A stretch of DNA of 49,448 nt, filler included, from Jimgerdemannia flammicorona (Eukaryota), in assembly GCA_003990765.1 (NCBI GenBank). It is 2 parts of 2 records of this genome, joined end to end, with 100 filler letters (N's around TTAATTAATTAA, not from the genome) between each part and the next. Parts side by side here need not be neighbours in the genome. Positions count along the whole stretch, not along the records: positions 24,777 to 49,448 come from RBNJ01000943.1; 1 more part is not named here. One strand, given 5' to 3'. Position numbers and translations under genes: made by a program. Below are positions 37,301 through 49,448 of the stretch, piece by piece. Numbering within the stretch: the first letter of the stretch is position 1; each line of letters opens with the position of its first letter. The notes under the pieces were generated by a model. It saw only the letters and a program-made list of their open reading frames with translations, did not search any database and had not been told where the DNA came from.

Positions 37301-38601
37301 ATTAAGGGCTTTCAAATAACATCAAGATCATCAGATTTGGATGATTATTCATTGAGTTATTGATGTAAATATTTAATTGTCTAATTTGGAAATCAAAACA
37401 ATTATTGATTCAAATCCATCTGGATGGGATTTGAATCCTATCTGAGTTGATCCAATCCAGATTAAATTGACTCATTAGGAGCACTATAAATAGAAAACCT
37501 CCTCTACTGGAAATTTCCTCAGACTAGTCTCTAAGAGATATATATAAGATACTATCTCAATAGATATATAGAAAAGGTAGCCAAAAAGATCCATCAGGTC
37601 TTCAGGCATATATCTTGATCAATTCCTAACTTGGAGTATATCAAAGTCTCAGACTTCAAAAAATTGTTAGTCTATTATATAGATGCATTAGAAGTCATAG
37701 TGACTATAGAAACCTAATCTACTATTACTCTCAAAAGTGATAAGATAGAAGAGTTCTGAAATCTCATCCTCAAGAACAATCCAGATCAATTTCTGTAAGG
37801 ATTAATCTCAGTATTTCAAGGCCCCAGTATCCAGATCAGACCCTCTCAAGATCCCACCTTTGTAGAAGAAAATATTATAGATTGAAGAGCTCTTGATCTT
37901 CTTGCTACTACTGCTGAATATGATGACATCATTATCAATAATATCATTCTGCTAATCAATATATATAAAATGAATATAATACTTACAGAAATGTTTACTG
38001 ATCTTATTTTTTTCAAAGATATCCCCATCTCTGACCTCTAGTCTTAATGATAACAATAAAGATGAAGCTTTGAGAATTTTGAACATTCTACTCTAATTTG
38101 TTTATATAACTATTTATTTGAACACTTGAATATTCTGGCACTCTGACTTTATACAACTGTCAGAAATTATTTCAGCATTCTGATCTTATACAACTAATTA
38201 TATGAATACTCAAATTTGTACTTATAATCTGACGTTTTCTATATTCAAATATCTTATTTGGTTATTGGATTTTATATTTAGCTTTATATCTTAGTAACTA
38301 TTGAATTATATTTCATATAAATACCCCTCTCATTTTCTTTGAAATAAAGTCAGTATTAAAACACTCAAGCATTCAAATATCCAACTACTCAAGAGCATAA
38401 AAGTTCCAGTCCTCTACTCAATTCTATGCAAGTAAATCTAAGAGATAACAGAATAGTTTAAAGATAAGAAGTTTGAGAATTATAAAACCTTGGAAAGATA
38501 CTTCAATAGAACTTACTTATAAGAAACTTATAGTTAGTCTAAGAGATATATCTTAAAGAGAATCTAACATACTTAGAAAACTCAGTGCCCACAACATAAT
38601 A
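34345..38601 (+). mobile_element. 5'-truncated family B copy B2 (end of RT, RNase H, IN, 3' LTR 36480-38601)
   Basis: Collinear with B1 from ~14411; PPT aggagaaaga at ~36466; LTR ORF 36730-38096 interrupted by a MITE. Confidence 0.9.
36959..37486. mobile_element. hAT-like foldback MITE (528 bp) inserted in the B2 LTR ORF
   Basis: TIRs tagtgctctgaatgagtcaat...attgactcattaggagcacta; degenerate 8-bp TSD caaatagg / taaataga; arms ~36985-37170 and ~37233-37420 are inverted copies. Confidence 0.88.
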
Positions 38602-38896
38602 GTAGTTATATTATAAATTTTATTATAACTTATTCAAACTTCTTAATAGAAATTAACAAAGACTAGAGTAAACTGATAAATACTTAATTATTAGACTTAT
38701 TATACTAGCAAAAATTACAACTAGTAATATAGTTCTTGATTTTCTTAATTATATTAAGTCAGCAGTATTTTCTCAATTCTAAGGTAACTAGTAAGTAAAG
38801 AGTTATAATATTCTTACAATATCTTATAGCAGAGTTTTATATTGTTTAATAGATAGACTATGTCTTAATAATAGATCAAGTTCTTCTTAATGATAT

Positions 38897-40470
38897 TATA
38901 ATGGTGACCTCAGAGTAATGATATTAGTATGAAAGATAGTCTTTTCTTATAAGTTACCAAATTAGAGTACAGGAAAATTATATAGTATGACTCATCCAGG
39001 CTACAAGATGAGCAATAATGACTAATCATGAGTTATTGTGACTACAAGATAGATATCTTGAGAAATATAAAAGAAGAATCAAGAAACTACAGTAGTAGCA
39101 ATCTAAACAAAGCTCACAGAAATAGTTCTAAAGACTTACTATAAATAAAATGCCTGCTACTTGCCAAATCTCAAGGTTCAGGAATCACCAAGGCCTCTCA
39201 GTCTAGGATAAGATATTCCAAGATATCAGAAGAGTTATGGAGACCTATACAAGAAGGACTCCTAGTGCCAATCTGAGTACTGGTGACCTCTATCATTATA
39301 TCCTCTACCATTATAAAATAGAAACAAGGATCACTATTGCTACTAGATATCTCTGGATATGGCAGGAGTATGAAATAGAAAATCTCCTCTACTAAGAGTT
39401 CCCTTAGACTAGTCTCCAGGAGATTCAAGATGTTATCTCTATAGATATATATGAAATAAGAACAGCAAAGAAGATTCATCAGGTCTTCCAGCATATACTA
39501 TGGTCAACTCTCAACTTAGAGTATACTAGAATCTCAGACTTCAAGGAACTGTCCACCTGCTACACCAATGCACTAGAGACTATAGTGGCTATAGAGGCTC
39601 AGTCTACTATCACTCTTAATAGTAATAAAGTAGAAAACTTCTGGTATCTCATCCTCCAGGACAATCCAGATCAATTTATATAGAGATTGATCTCAGTATT
39701 TCAAGGTCCCAGCATCCAGATTAGACCTCCCCAAGACTTCACATTTGTTTCTTATTTTGTAAAAGAGAATGTCATAGCTTGGAAAGCTCCTGCTGCTGCC
39801 AAACATGATGACATCATCTGTGATGATATCATCCCATGTGACATATATGAAATGCATGACCTATATGATGAGATAGATGAAATATTTGTAGACCTCATCT
39901 TTTTTGAAGACATTCTGTCTCTGACCTCTGGCCTTGATAGTGATAAAGATGAAGCCTCTATGGTTCTGAACTTTCTGCTTTAAGTTCTTGGTAACACCAG
40001 ATTCTATCAGCATCCTTTTCCTATATAACTATTATTCTTCTGGTATTCTGATCTTGTGTAACTCAAAATTCTTCTGGTATCCTTTTTCTGTACCACTGAA
40101 ATTCTACTAGTATCCTAAACTTAAACAATCATTTGTTCAGACAACTATAGTTTTCTATGTTCCAGTATTTTATTTAGTTATTGAAATTTATATTTAGCTT
40201 TATAACTTAGCAACTATTGAATTATATTTTGTATAAATATTCCTCTTATTTTCTTTAAAATAAAGTCAGTTCCAGTTCACTTATACTCAATTCTATATAA
40301 GCAATCTAAGAGATAATAAGACAGTTTAAAGATAAGAAGTTTGAGGACTATAAGATCTTAGAAAGACACTCCAATACAAACTTGCTTATAACAAACTTGT
40401 AGTTAGTCTAAGAGATATACCTTGAAGAGAATCTGATATATTTGAAGAACTCAGTGACCACTATATGATA
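38897..40470 (+). repeat. 5' LTR of B3, containing a decayed ORF at 39150-39983
   Basis: Direct repeat of 46142-47723; the ATG at 39150 is in frame with ORF 39687-39983. Confidence 0.92.
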
Positions 40471-40596
40471 ACTTAGTACCTATTGGCTGGTGATTCAAGA
40501 TGAATCTCTCACTTTCAAGCTGAAAAACTAATAACCCCTACAATAACTATTCTGACTACAAGAGTCATCCCTGCAAGAATTCAAGATAAGATAGAA

Positions 40597-43500
40597 ATGT
40601 ATCCCCCTACATTCTATGGATATACTACTGAAGAGTCAATCCTGACCTTTATTAAAGACTTTGAACAATTTGTCACCATACAAGCTCTTGGTATAGATGC
40701 ACTATTGGCCCTTCTATCTGTCAGCCTCAGAGGACCTGCCAGAGATAAGTTCAATATAGTCATTATTACTGATGCTAGTATTGTCAAACTTACCAATATA
40801 AAGAATTTCTTCAGAACTATATATTATACTGAATAGATCAAGCAAGCTCTCAAGGATCAACTCAACACTATCTGCCAGAGACTTAGTGAAGATCCCAACT
40901 TATTCTATACCTGAATCTGCCACCAGATTATCTTGGCTGGCTATAATGATGCTCTCAAAAAACAAATAGTGGATTCAACCTTTCTCAAAGGAGTTTACCC
41001 TGAAATTGCTCTAGCAATCCAGTCTACCCCAGTTGCTCTGACTCTTGATCAGAAAGTATTCTTTGTATAGAGATATTAGACTATCATATACCCTACCAAA
41101 CACTCAATAGAGAAAATAACTGGTATCAAGATAGAGCTATCAAAGCTAACCAGTATCATATCTGCTATAGTTGTAAATAGACAACTATTCCCACCTATCT
41201 CCAAGACAGCCAAAGCTGACCCAGTGGAGGAACTTACCAAGTAGTTTGCCAAGATGACTGTACACCTTAGTAATATTGTTTGAGAAGTCCAAAGTGCCAG
41301 CAGGAGATCAGTACAGAGATTTGTAGTTACTATAGAAGAATGCAATATTACATGCTTCAGATGTAGAGAAGAAGGCCACTATGCAAAGAGTCATATAACT
41401 GAAATAAGATACAAAGCCCAATCAAGCAATGCTACCAGAACTAGAGAACAAATCAATACAGTAGTCATTAAGGAGATTGGTGATACTGATGATGAAGAAT
41501 ACTATGAGAAGTCTGAATTCTACTCTATTATTAAAGATGCCAGAACCTGGTCCAAGCCCTATAATAAGAAGGGCAATAGCAAGCCAGTTGGAAGACCAAA
41601 GAAGATCTCAGCTATCACTATTCAAAGCAAGGCCCAACCTAAGGAGATTGATTAAGATATGGAATTAGATAAAGCTACCTACCAAATCATTAAAGATACT
41701 ACTCTAGTCTCAGAAGAAAGTGAAAGCAAGAAAGAACAAAAGCTGTGTAAGACCAAGATCCATCAGTATGATATCTATAAGGACCTCAAGAAACAGAAGG
41801 TCAATGCTATCTTTGAACAACTAGTCAAGATCCCTGTCTTCAGACAGCAGTTGAGAGTAGAACTTACAACTACTGAGTATAAGATTGTAGAAGCTCACAA
41901 TGCATAAGAAGAATCTGAAGACTCAGACAAAGAATCTAAAGATCAGTACAAAACATCAGCCAATACTCTATGTCAGATTGAAGATTGTATCTTTGATGCC
42001 ATCATTGATACTAGTATTAGAGAATACCTCATAAGTAAGAAGGCAATTGACTGCCTAGGCTAGGACATTGAAGAGTCCACTAAGATGGTCTATATCACAG
42101 CAGATAGTATATAAACTACCCCCCTAGGCAAGATCTGAGAAGTTTCCATCAAGATAAGAGGAGCTATCATCCCAGTAGACATGATTGTTACAAGTACTAC
42201 CAACTATGATATCCTCATTGGCAACCAATAGCTTCATAAGGCCAAAGCTATTATTGACCTCAATGCTAAAAAGATACAGATCAACTATAGAGGAAGAAAG
42301 GTATGAGTCTCTATCAATATCCACAAAAGAGTACTATCAGACATAGAGAAAGGAGATAAAGAAGACACAGAAGTCTTCATACACTCAGTGTATAAGAACA
42401 AGAGCAAGACACCCAAGCTCACAGATGAGCAGTAGTACAACAAGATCATCAATAGCTATGCCCCTTAAGAAAGATGTCCCTATGGTACTAGGATATACTA
42501 CTCTAAACACCTGAATGACTGCTGGTTCTATATCAGTGAAGTTAGGAAAATCTGCCAACAAAAGTATAAGCAAGAAGCTGCTAAAGCAAAAAGAGAAGCC
42601 AAAGAAGATGACCAGTCCCCAGAGCTTTAAGCTGATAGTGATGATGATGAGGAATAAGAACCAGACATCACTCTTAAGGTCAAGAAGTTTTATTCCAAAG
42701 TCAAGATCTCAGAATATAAGACTGAAGGAGCTATAGGAATGAACCTTACTAGCATTCAAGATGCTACTCTCAAACTACAGACCACCACTTTACTTGATAC
42801 TGGAATTGGAGCCAAGTTGCTAGAGAACTATACCAGAATCATCAAGACCAGGAGTAGTCTGGCCAAAAGAGAAATCTCAGTTAAAGGAGGAGTAATAGAC
42901 CCTAATTATACTGGTGAGATCTTCCTCATAATTAGGAATCACAACTCCACCACCCCATTCAAAGTCAAGAAGTATAATAGGATTGGCCAGATACTGATCT
43001 ATAAAGTCAAGAAGTCCAAGATCACTGAATCCATTAAACTCATCAAGACTAAGAGAGGAGAATGAGGCTTTAGATCTACTGGAAGAGAAGTCTATACTAT
43101 TACCAAGATTACTGAACTCAAGCACAAGAAAGATGAGGATCAGAACAAGCACACATGTATTATTGGAGAAAACTTTTCCCTAAAAGAACAACTTCTCAAG
43201 ATTCTGTACCAGAATGAAGGAGTACTTACCACAGACTTCAGAGACATCTACAATCAAGAACCCAAGTACTACTATGAAGTTAATACTGGCAATACCAAGT
43301 CCATCTACCAGAAAGCCAGACCTATACCACCTGCCTACAGAAAATGGCTGTAAGCAGAACTCAAGAAAATGAAAGAAGCTGGAATTATTAAGCAAGCTAT
43401 CAGCCCCTGGGCTTCATCTATTATCCTTGCCCCAAAAAAAGGAAGCAAGCTTAGAGAGTTTGCCTCAAGACTCTGCATAGATTACAGAAAGCTCAATACA

Positions 43501-45830
43501 ATCACCAAGAAGGATAGGCAGCCCTTGCCAAATATTCAAGAAATCCTTACTACTCTTAGAAGTAAAGCCAAATACTACATCACCTTGAATCTGTTCTCAG
43601 GCTTCCATCAGATTGGTCTCACTTAAGATACCAGTGAGAAATCAGCCTTTATTACTTCTGATACCACTTATGTCTACCTGAAAATGCTATTTGGAATGTA
43701 CAATATCTCAGCAAGTTTTCAGTGAATAATAAACAGAGTCTTCAGCAATGAGATTGGAAAATGGCTCTTTGTCTATATTGATGATATGATCATCTTTAGC
43801 AATACTATATGAAAATATGTTAACTATATACAGCTAGCTCTCAAGAAGCTCAAGGAGCATAGCCTCTATATCAAACCCAAGAAGTGTAAGTTTGTAGCTC
43901 AGGAAATCATCTATCTAGGACACATCATCAATCAGACTGGAATTCACACAGACTTTATGAAGATTGAGACTATTGCAGCCTACCCAAGACCCAGAACAAT
44001 TATAGAAGTCTATACCTTCCTTGGACTAGCCTCTTACTATAGAAGATTCATCAAAGGATACTCAAACATTGTAGCATCTATTTATGAGCTACTGAAGAAG
44101 GAAATCAAATTTAAATGAACCAAGGAATGCCAAGAAACCTTCAATGAACTCAAGACTAGGTTGACCCAAGCACCCATCCTCAGAAGACCAGATTGGAATC
44201 TCAAGTTCATCCTGCAGACAGATGCAAGTACTATAGAACTTGGAGCAGTCCTAGCTTAGAAGAAATATGAATATGAATATGTCATCTCCTATATAAGCTA
44301 AGATACCCATGGAGCAAAATAGAACTATGAGTCATGTAAGCTCAAATTCTTAGCAGTAGTTTGAGTAGTAGACAAGTTTCACTACTACCTAGCTGGAAAA
44401 TACTTCACTATTCAAATAGACTATTCTGCTCTCACCTGGCTATTTCACACTCTGAACCCCAAAGGAATATATACCAGATGGATCTACAGGCTGCAAGAGT
44501 ATAACTGTACTATCAAGCATCACTCAGGAAGAACTAATGCCAATACTGGTACACTCTCAAGAACACCCCAAAATATCTCTATCAAGACTATTAAATATGA
44601 ATAAAGAGCTATACTATAGATTAATCAGCTACCTTGGGCAGCAGAAGATGCTCAACTATCTTAAATTCTGAACTATCACTATTATCAACCAGACTTGGAA
44701 ACAATTTGAACTAGACAATACTATACTCAGAAAAGGAGAAAAGCTTATAATACCTAAATACAAGAAGTATCAAGTAATAAAGGAAGTATATGAACAAGAA
44801 CACCTAAGAGGAACCAACATATATAACAAAGTAAAAAGAAACATATAGTGGCTCAAGATAGAAGACCTGTGCCAATTTATCAAAGAGTATAATAAGTACC
44901 AAAAACAGAAACAAGATAAGTAAGACCAGACATCTGGGTCCTCAAGAATTGAGTCTATCTCCTTCCACCACATCATAATAGATATTATTGGATCACTACC
45001 AGTAACACTATCAGGAAACCACTACATTATAGTTATCATAGACCTCTTTACTAAATAGATAGAAGCAGGAGCATTACAAGAAGTCAATATTCTCTCTATA
45101 GTTGACTTTCTGTACCAAGAAATCATCTGCCACTACAAGACACCAAAGCAAATCACCACAGACCATGATATAGAATTTGTCAATAGATTTCATGAGACAA
45201 TGTATCAGAAATACAGATTTAGTATATCAAGACTACTGCATACCACCCTCAAGAAAATGGACAGATAGAGAGAACCAATAAGACCCTCAAGAATATTCTG
45301 GTAAAGATCTCAGATATATATGACAATTGGGATAACTATCTCCCAACTGCCCTCTCTATCCTATAAGATATATGGTCACAGAGTATATACTTTATCCCAA
45401 GAGAACTGCTCTTCAGAGAAGAATATTCTAATGGAATCTCAGCCACAAATCTAAACCTAACATAGAGATGGATTGACTCAGAAATCCAGAGACTATACCA
45501 AATCAGGAAGAAGGCTGAAGATTATATCATTAAGTCACAAGCACTAATAGAAAGAATGCAGAAAAAAATCACAAGATCCTAGAACCTATCCAAATTGAAG
45601 AAAAGGTTCTACTATATTGAAATATAGTAGAAGTCTTATGGTCATAAAAACTGGAGCCCAAATGAGAAGGACCCTTCTATATACAAGATATTAAGAGAAC
45701 TATCTTCTGGCTTAGAAAACTCTCAAAGACTATACTGCCACAGGAACAGACTCAAGAAGTACCATGAATCTATATAAGAGAAGCAAAATATAATGACTGC
45801 CCATGAGGTTCTAGTCTATAAATTGTAACA
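40597..45830 (+). pseudogene. gag-pol of B3
   Basis: MYPPTFYGY start; dUTPase ~42675-43090 (GGVIDPNYTGEI); SPWASSI...LCIDYRKLN; YIDD ~43774; RNase H; IN. End approximate. Confidence 0.92.
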
Positions 45831-46141
45831 ACATGTCTCATGATCAGCAGGTAATCTGTCTGGACTATTCTCTAAGAGATATGGTACCAGTAACTACTCA
45901 TTCATGAAACTTTCAAAGCCAGAAGAGTTTGAACTATCAACTGATTGGTCAAGATCAGAATCAGGCCCTTACTCTATATGAAGGGAGTGACTCTTCACTA
46001 TCATACCAAAATACATAGAGAAGATACCAGTTCATAAATACCACTTTTCAACCCCCTGCTAGAGGTTATGAGATCAGCAAATTTTTTAGAACTGGACCAA
46101 TGAATAAGGATGTTCAAGAAGATTCTTATTCAGGAGAAAGA

Positions 46142-47723
46142 TGTAATGGTGACCTCAGAATAATGATATTAGCATAGAAGACAGTCTTTCTTCATAAGCC
46201 ACCAGATCAGAGCACAGGAAGATCATATGGCATAACTCATCCAGATTACAAGATGAGCAATGATGACCAACTATAAGTCATTGTGACCACAAGACAGACA
46301 TCTTGAAGAATATAAAAGAAGGATCAAGAAATGGTATTAGTAGTAATCTAAACAAAGCTCACAGAAATAGTTCTAAAGACTTACTACAAATAAAATGCCT
46401 GCTACTTGCCAAATCTTAAGGTCTAGAAACCACCAAGGTCTCTCAGTCTAAGATAGGATATTTCAAGATATTAGAAGAGCCATAGAGACCTGTACAAGAA
46501 GAACTCCTAGCATCAACCTGAGTACTGGTGATCCCTATCATTATATTCTCTACTATTGCAAAATGGAAACAAGAATCACCATTACTATTGAATACCTCTG
46601 GATGTGACAGAAGTATGAAATAGAAAACCTCCTCTACCAGAAGTTCTCTCAGGCCAGTCTTCAGGAGATTCAAGATGCTATTCTCATAGATATATATATA
46701 TGAAATAAGGATAGCAAAAAAGATTCATTAGGTCTTCTGGCATATACCATGGTCAATCTTTAACTTAGAGTACACTAGGATCTCAGACTTCAAGGAACTG
46801 TCCACCTGCCACATCAATGCACTGGAGGTCATAGTGGCCACAGAGGCTCAGTCCACTATTGCCCTCAATAGTGATAAAGTAGAAGACTTCTGATATCCCA
46901 TTCTCTAGGACAACCCAGATCAATTCATATAGAGATTGATCTCAGCATTTCAAGACCCTAACATCCAGGTTAGACCTCTCCAAGACCCCATATATATTTG
47001 TTTCTTATTTTGTAGAAGAGAATGTTATAGATTAGAAAGCCCTCACTGCTACTGAATATGATGACATCATCAGTGATAACATTATCCTACATGATATATA
47101 TGAAATATATGATCTATGTGATGAGATAAACAAAATGTTCATAGACCTTATCTCCTTTGAAGACATCCTGTCTCCAACCTCTGACCTTGATAGTGATAAA
47201 GATGAAGCCCCCATGGTCCTGAACTTTCTGTTTTAAGTTCTTAGTAATACCAGATTCTACCAGCATCCTTTTTCTGTATAACTGTCATTCTTCTGGTATT
47301 CTGATCTTACATAACTCAAAATTCTTCTAGTATCCTTTTTCTGTACCACTGAAATTCTATGGGTATCCTAAACTTGTACAACTATTTGTTCAGACAACTA
47401 TAGTTTTCTGTATTCCAGTATTTTATTTGGTTATTGAAATTTATATTTAGCTTTATAACTTAGCAATTATTAAATTATATTTTGTATAAATACCCCTCTT
47501 ATTTCCTTTGAAATAAAGTTAGTTCCAGTTCACTTATACTCAATTCTATACAAGCAATCTAAGAGATAACAAGATAGTTTAAAGATAAGAAGTTTGAGAA
47601 CTATAAGATCTTAGGAAGATACTCCAATAAGAACTTGCTTATAATAAACTTGTAGTTAGTCTAAGAGATATATCTTGAAGAGAATCTGATATATTTGAAG
47701 GACTCAGTGACCACTATATGATA
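46142..47723 (+). repeat. 3' LTR of B3, containing a decayed ORF at 46395-47236
   Basis: Direct repeat of 38897-40470. Confidence 0.92.
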
Positions 47724-49049
47724 ATATATATATCCTTGAGCTTATTCAAGAAAACTCTAGTAGCAATAGTATCTTCTTTATAGACTTATTTAATTTGGTC
47801 TAGGAATTCTGATACTAAGGTAACTTTTATTATTGTGGCAAGGTCTGGATATATAGATAAGGTATCTGATACTATAAATATCTTATCAGGCTTATAGATG
47901 ATTGTTAGATTGAAGATTTGAAAGTTTTTAACTCTATATGACTTATTGATATAACAAAGTAGATTAGATGAACTTGAGAGATTAATAGTCAGTAATGATA
48001 TCAAATATAATACTTTCTAAATAGTATCTCTAGTAATCTAAGATATATATATAATTACCAATAGTTCTTTTTTATGAATAGCTAACTTCTATTCAGTTAT
48101 TGATAATTTTTATGACTCAAGAACAATAGGGCAGTATCCTTTTCTATCATCTTATAATATTAGTTATTGGTTGAATTTTGACCATAAACTTGAAGTCTGT
48201 TTTCTCAGATTACTGAGTATTCTTCTAAGATATACCAGAACTCAGCTGCTTTCTTGTAAAAATATTACAACTATCTCTATCTGAGCTAAAGATATTATAT
48301 ATAACTATTAAAAAGTATACTTAATATTATTAGTAAGTATATGAGATAGTAGTGAGTTATTATTCTATTGGTTAGTTTAATATTCTATATCTACTATATT
48401 GATAATTTTTTCAATATTACTGTTCTTTTTACTAAATATTGAGATTTATAAGATTTTAGTGAGTTTGTTCTATTCTGCAATTTGTCTAACTATTTCTATC
48501 AGTATTGCTAGCTATAGAGTAAGAGCTTGGATTTAACTATTAATCATTAGAGTTATTGATAGCAATACTATAGAAGTTGACTCTCTTGATGAGAGTTCTG
48601 TCTAATGTAATTGAGATACTATGTAACTTAAGATTACTTAGTTCTCAAAAAGGAGATCAAATAGATTTGCAAGGTTGGATAGTCCAAATATCTAGACTGA
48701 TAACTGGTCTTATTCAGATATCTGGAGTTCTTGACTCTCTTGATCACTAGGAATAACTGATTGGAATATTCCTAGGTCTACAGTTTCTTATTAATTGTAA
48801 TCAGATTAGTACCTCCTAGATCTTCCTCAGAGTCACTATCTTGATGAGTCTGATATCATAGTACTGACTTAGTCCTTCAAAAGAATATCTGATTCTAGTT
48901 AGATAGCTGATCCTGCTTCTTGTTCTGAAGTCTATAAGAGTAGATCTAACTATTTTTATTCTAATCTGATTATAAGTATAGAGATATTTTCTCCTTAGTA
49001 AAATATTCATCTTATAGACTAATCACCAAGCCTTCTGATATATCAAGAT

Positions 49050-49448
49050 ACAGCTAATTCTTCTAGAAAGATAAGCTCAATAGATGCAGATTTTTATACT
49101 CTTTAATGTCAAAATCAAGTACATTTCTAGAATCAAGAATGAAGTAGCTGATATACTTTTCTAGAGTACTCAGAAAGATGATCTTACTACAATTAGTAAT
49201 ATCATTACTAGCCTATTCAAAAAAGTCAAAAAAGCATATATCAAAGATACTAACATATAATAAATTACTAGACAAATCCTCAAAGAAGACAGCAATATTA
49301 TAAAAAAGATCTATAAGAATATATTTATTCAAAATAGATATATATATCTTAATAATATAAGAATCTGAATCTCTGATATCCTTATTCACTTACAAATCCC
49401 ATAAGAACTATATAATATACCTATAGCTAGATATATAAGTTTTGATTT
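49050..49448 (+). mobile_element. Degenerate Gypsy RNase H/IN junction fragment
   Basis: FNVKIKYISRIKNEVADILSRV at ~49102-49167 matches the YxPGxxNxVADxLSR motif. Confidence 0.55.

Larger units (their letters stand above)
38897..47723 (+). mobile_element. Full-length family B copy B3 (inactive)
   Basis: LTRs 38897-40470 and 46142-47723, TSD ATAT (38893-38896 / 47724-47727), PBS at 40474, PPT at 46132-46141. Confidence 0.95.
38602..49050 (-). mobile_element. Old minus-strand Gypsy relic split by B3
   Basis: 38602-38896 (minus) gives IN-like IKNYITSCNFC..NKS. ORF 47786-48004 resembles the RNase H end (FNLTIIYKPDKIFIVSDTLS). Right end uncertain. Confidence 0.65.

Overview
Eukaryotic, probably fungal, transposon cluster with no host gene. 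An artificial 100-bp linker (44 N + TTAATTAATTAA + 44 N, 24677-24776) joins two pieces. It holds nested LTR retrotransposons of different ages. Ty3/Gypsy family A is complete (1371-8124, 491-bp LTRs, TSD ATGT). Family B has two complete copies (9240-18166, TSD CTAT; 38897-47723, TSD ATAT), a 5'-truncated copy (~34345-38601) and a solo LTR (20972-22535, TSD ACAT), all with ~1.6-kb LTRs. A younger minus-strand chromovirus C (~24987-33732) has a 2.06-kb 5' LTR and a gag-pol broken only by six TGA stops. Also present are older Gypsy and Copia relics, three hAT-like MITEs and three fragments of an unidentified coding repeat. All three Gypsy families encode dUTPase next to a shared C-x-H...C-x2-C module, in two different domain orders. 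All three also appear to carry one accessory ORF family (Y.[IL]G.LL...IA.[KR]...[LI]F): after integrase in A, and inside the LTR with its own upstream TATA box in B and C. Decay is dominated by C>T/G>A transitions and graded with age. All alignments were made by eye; no searches were run.
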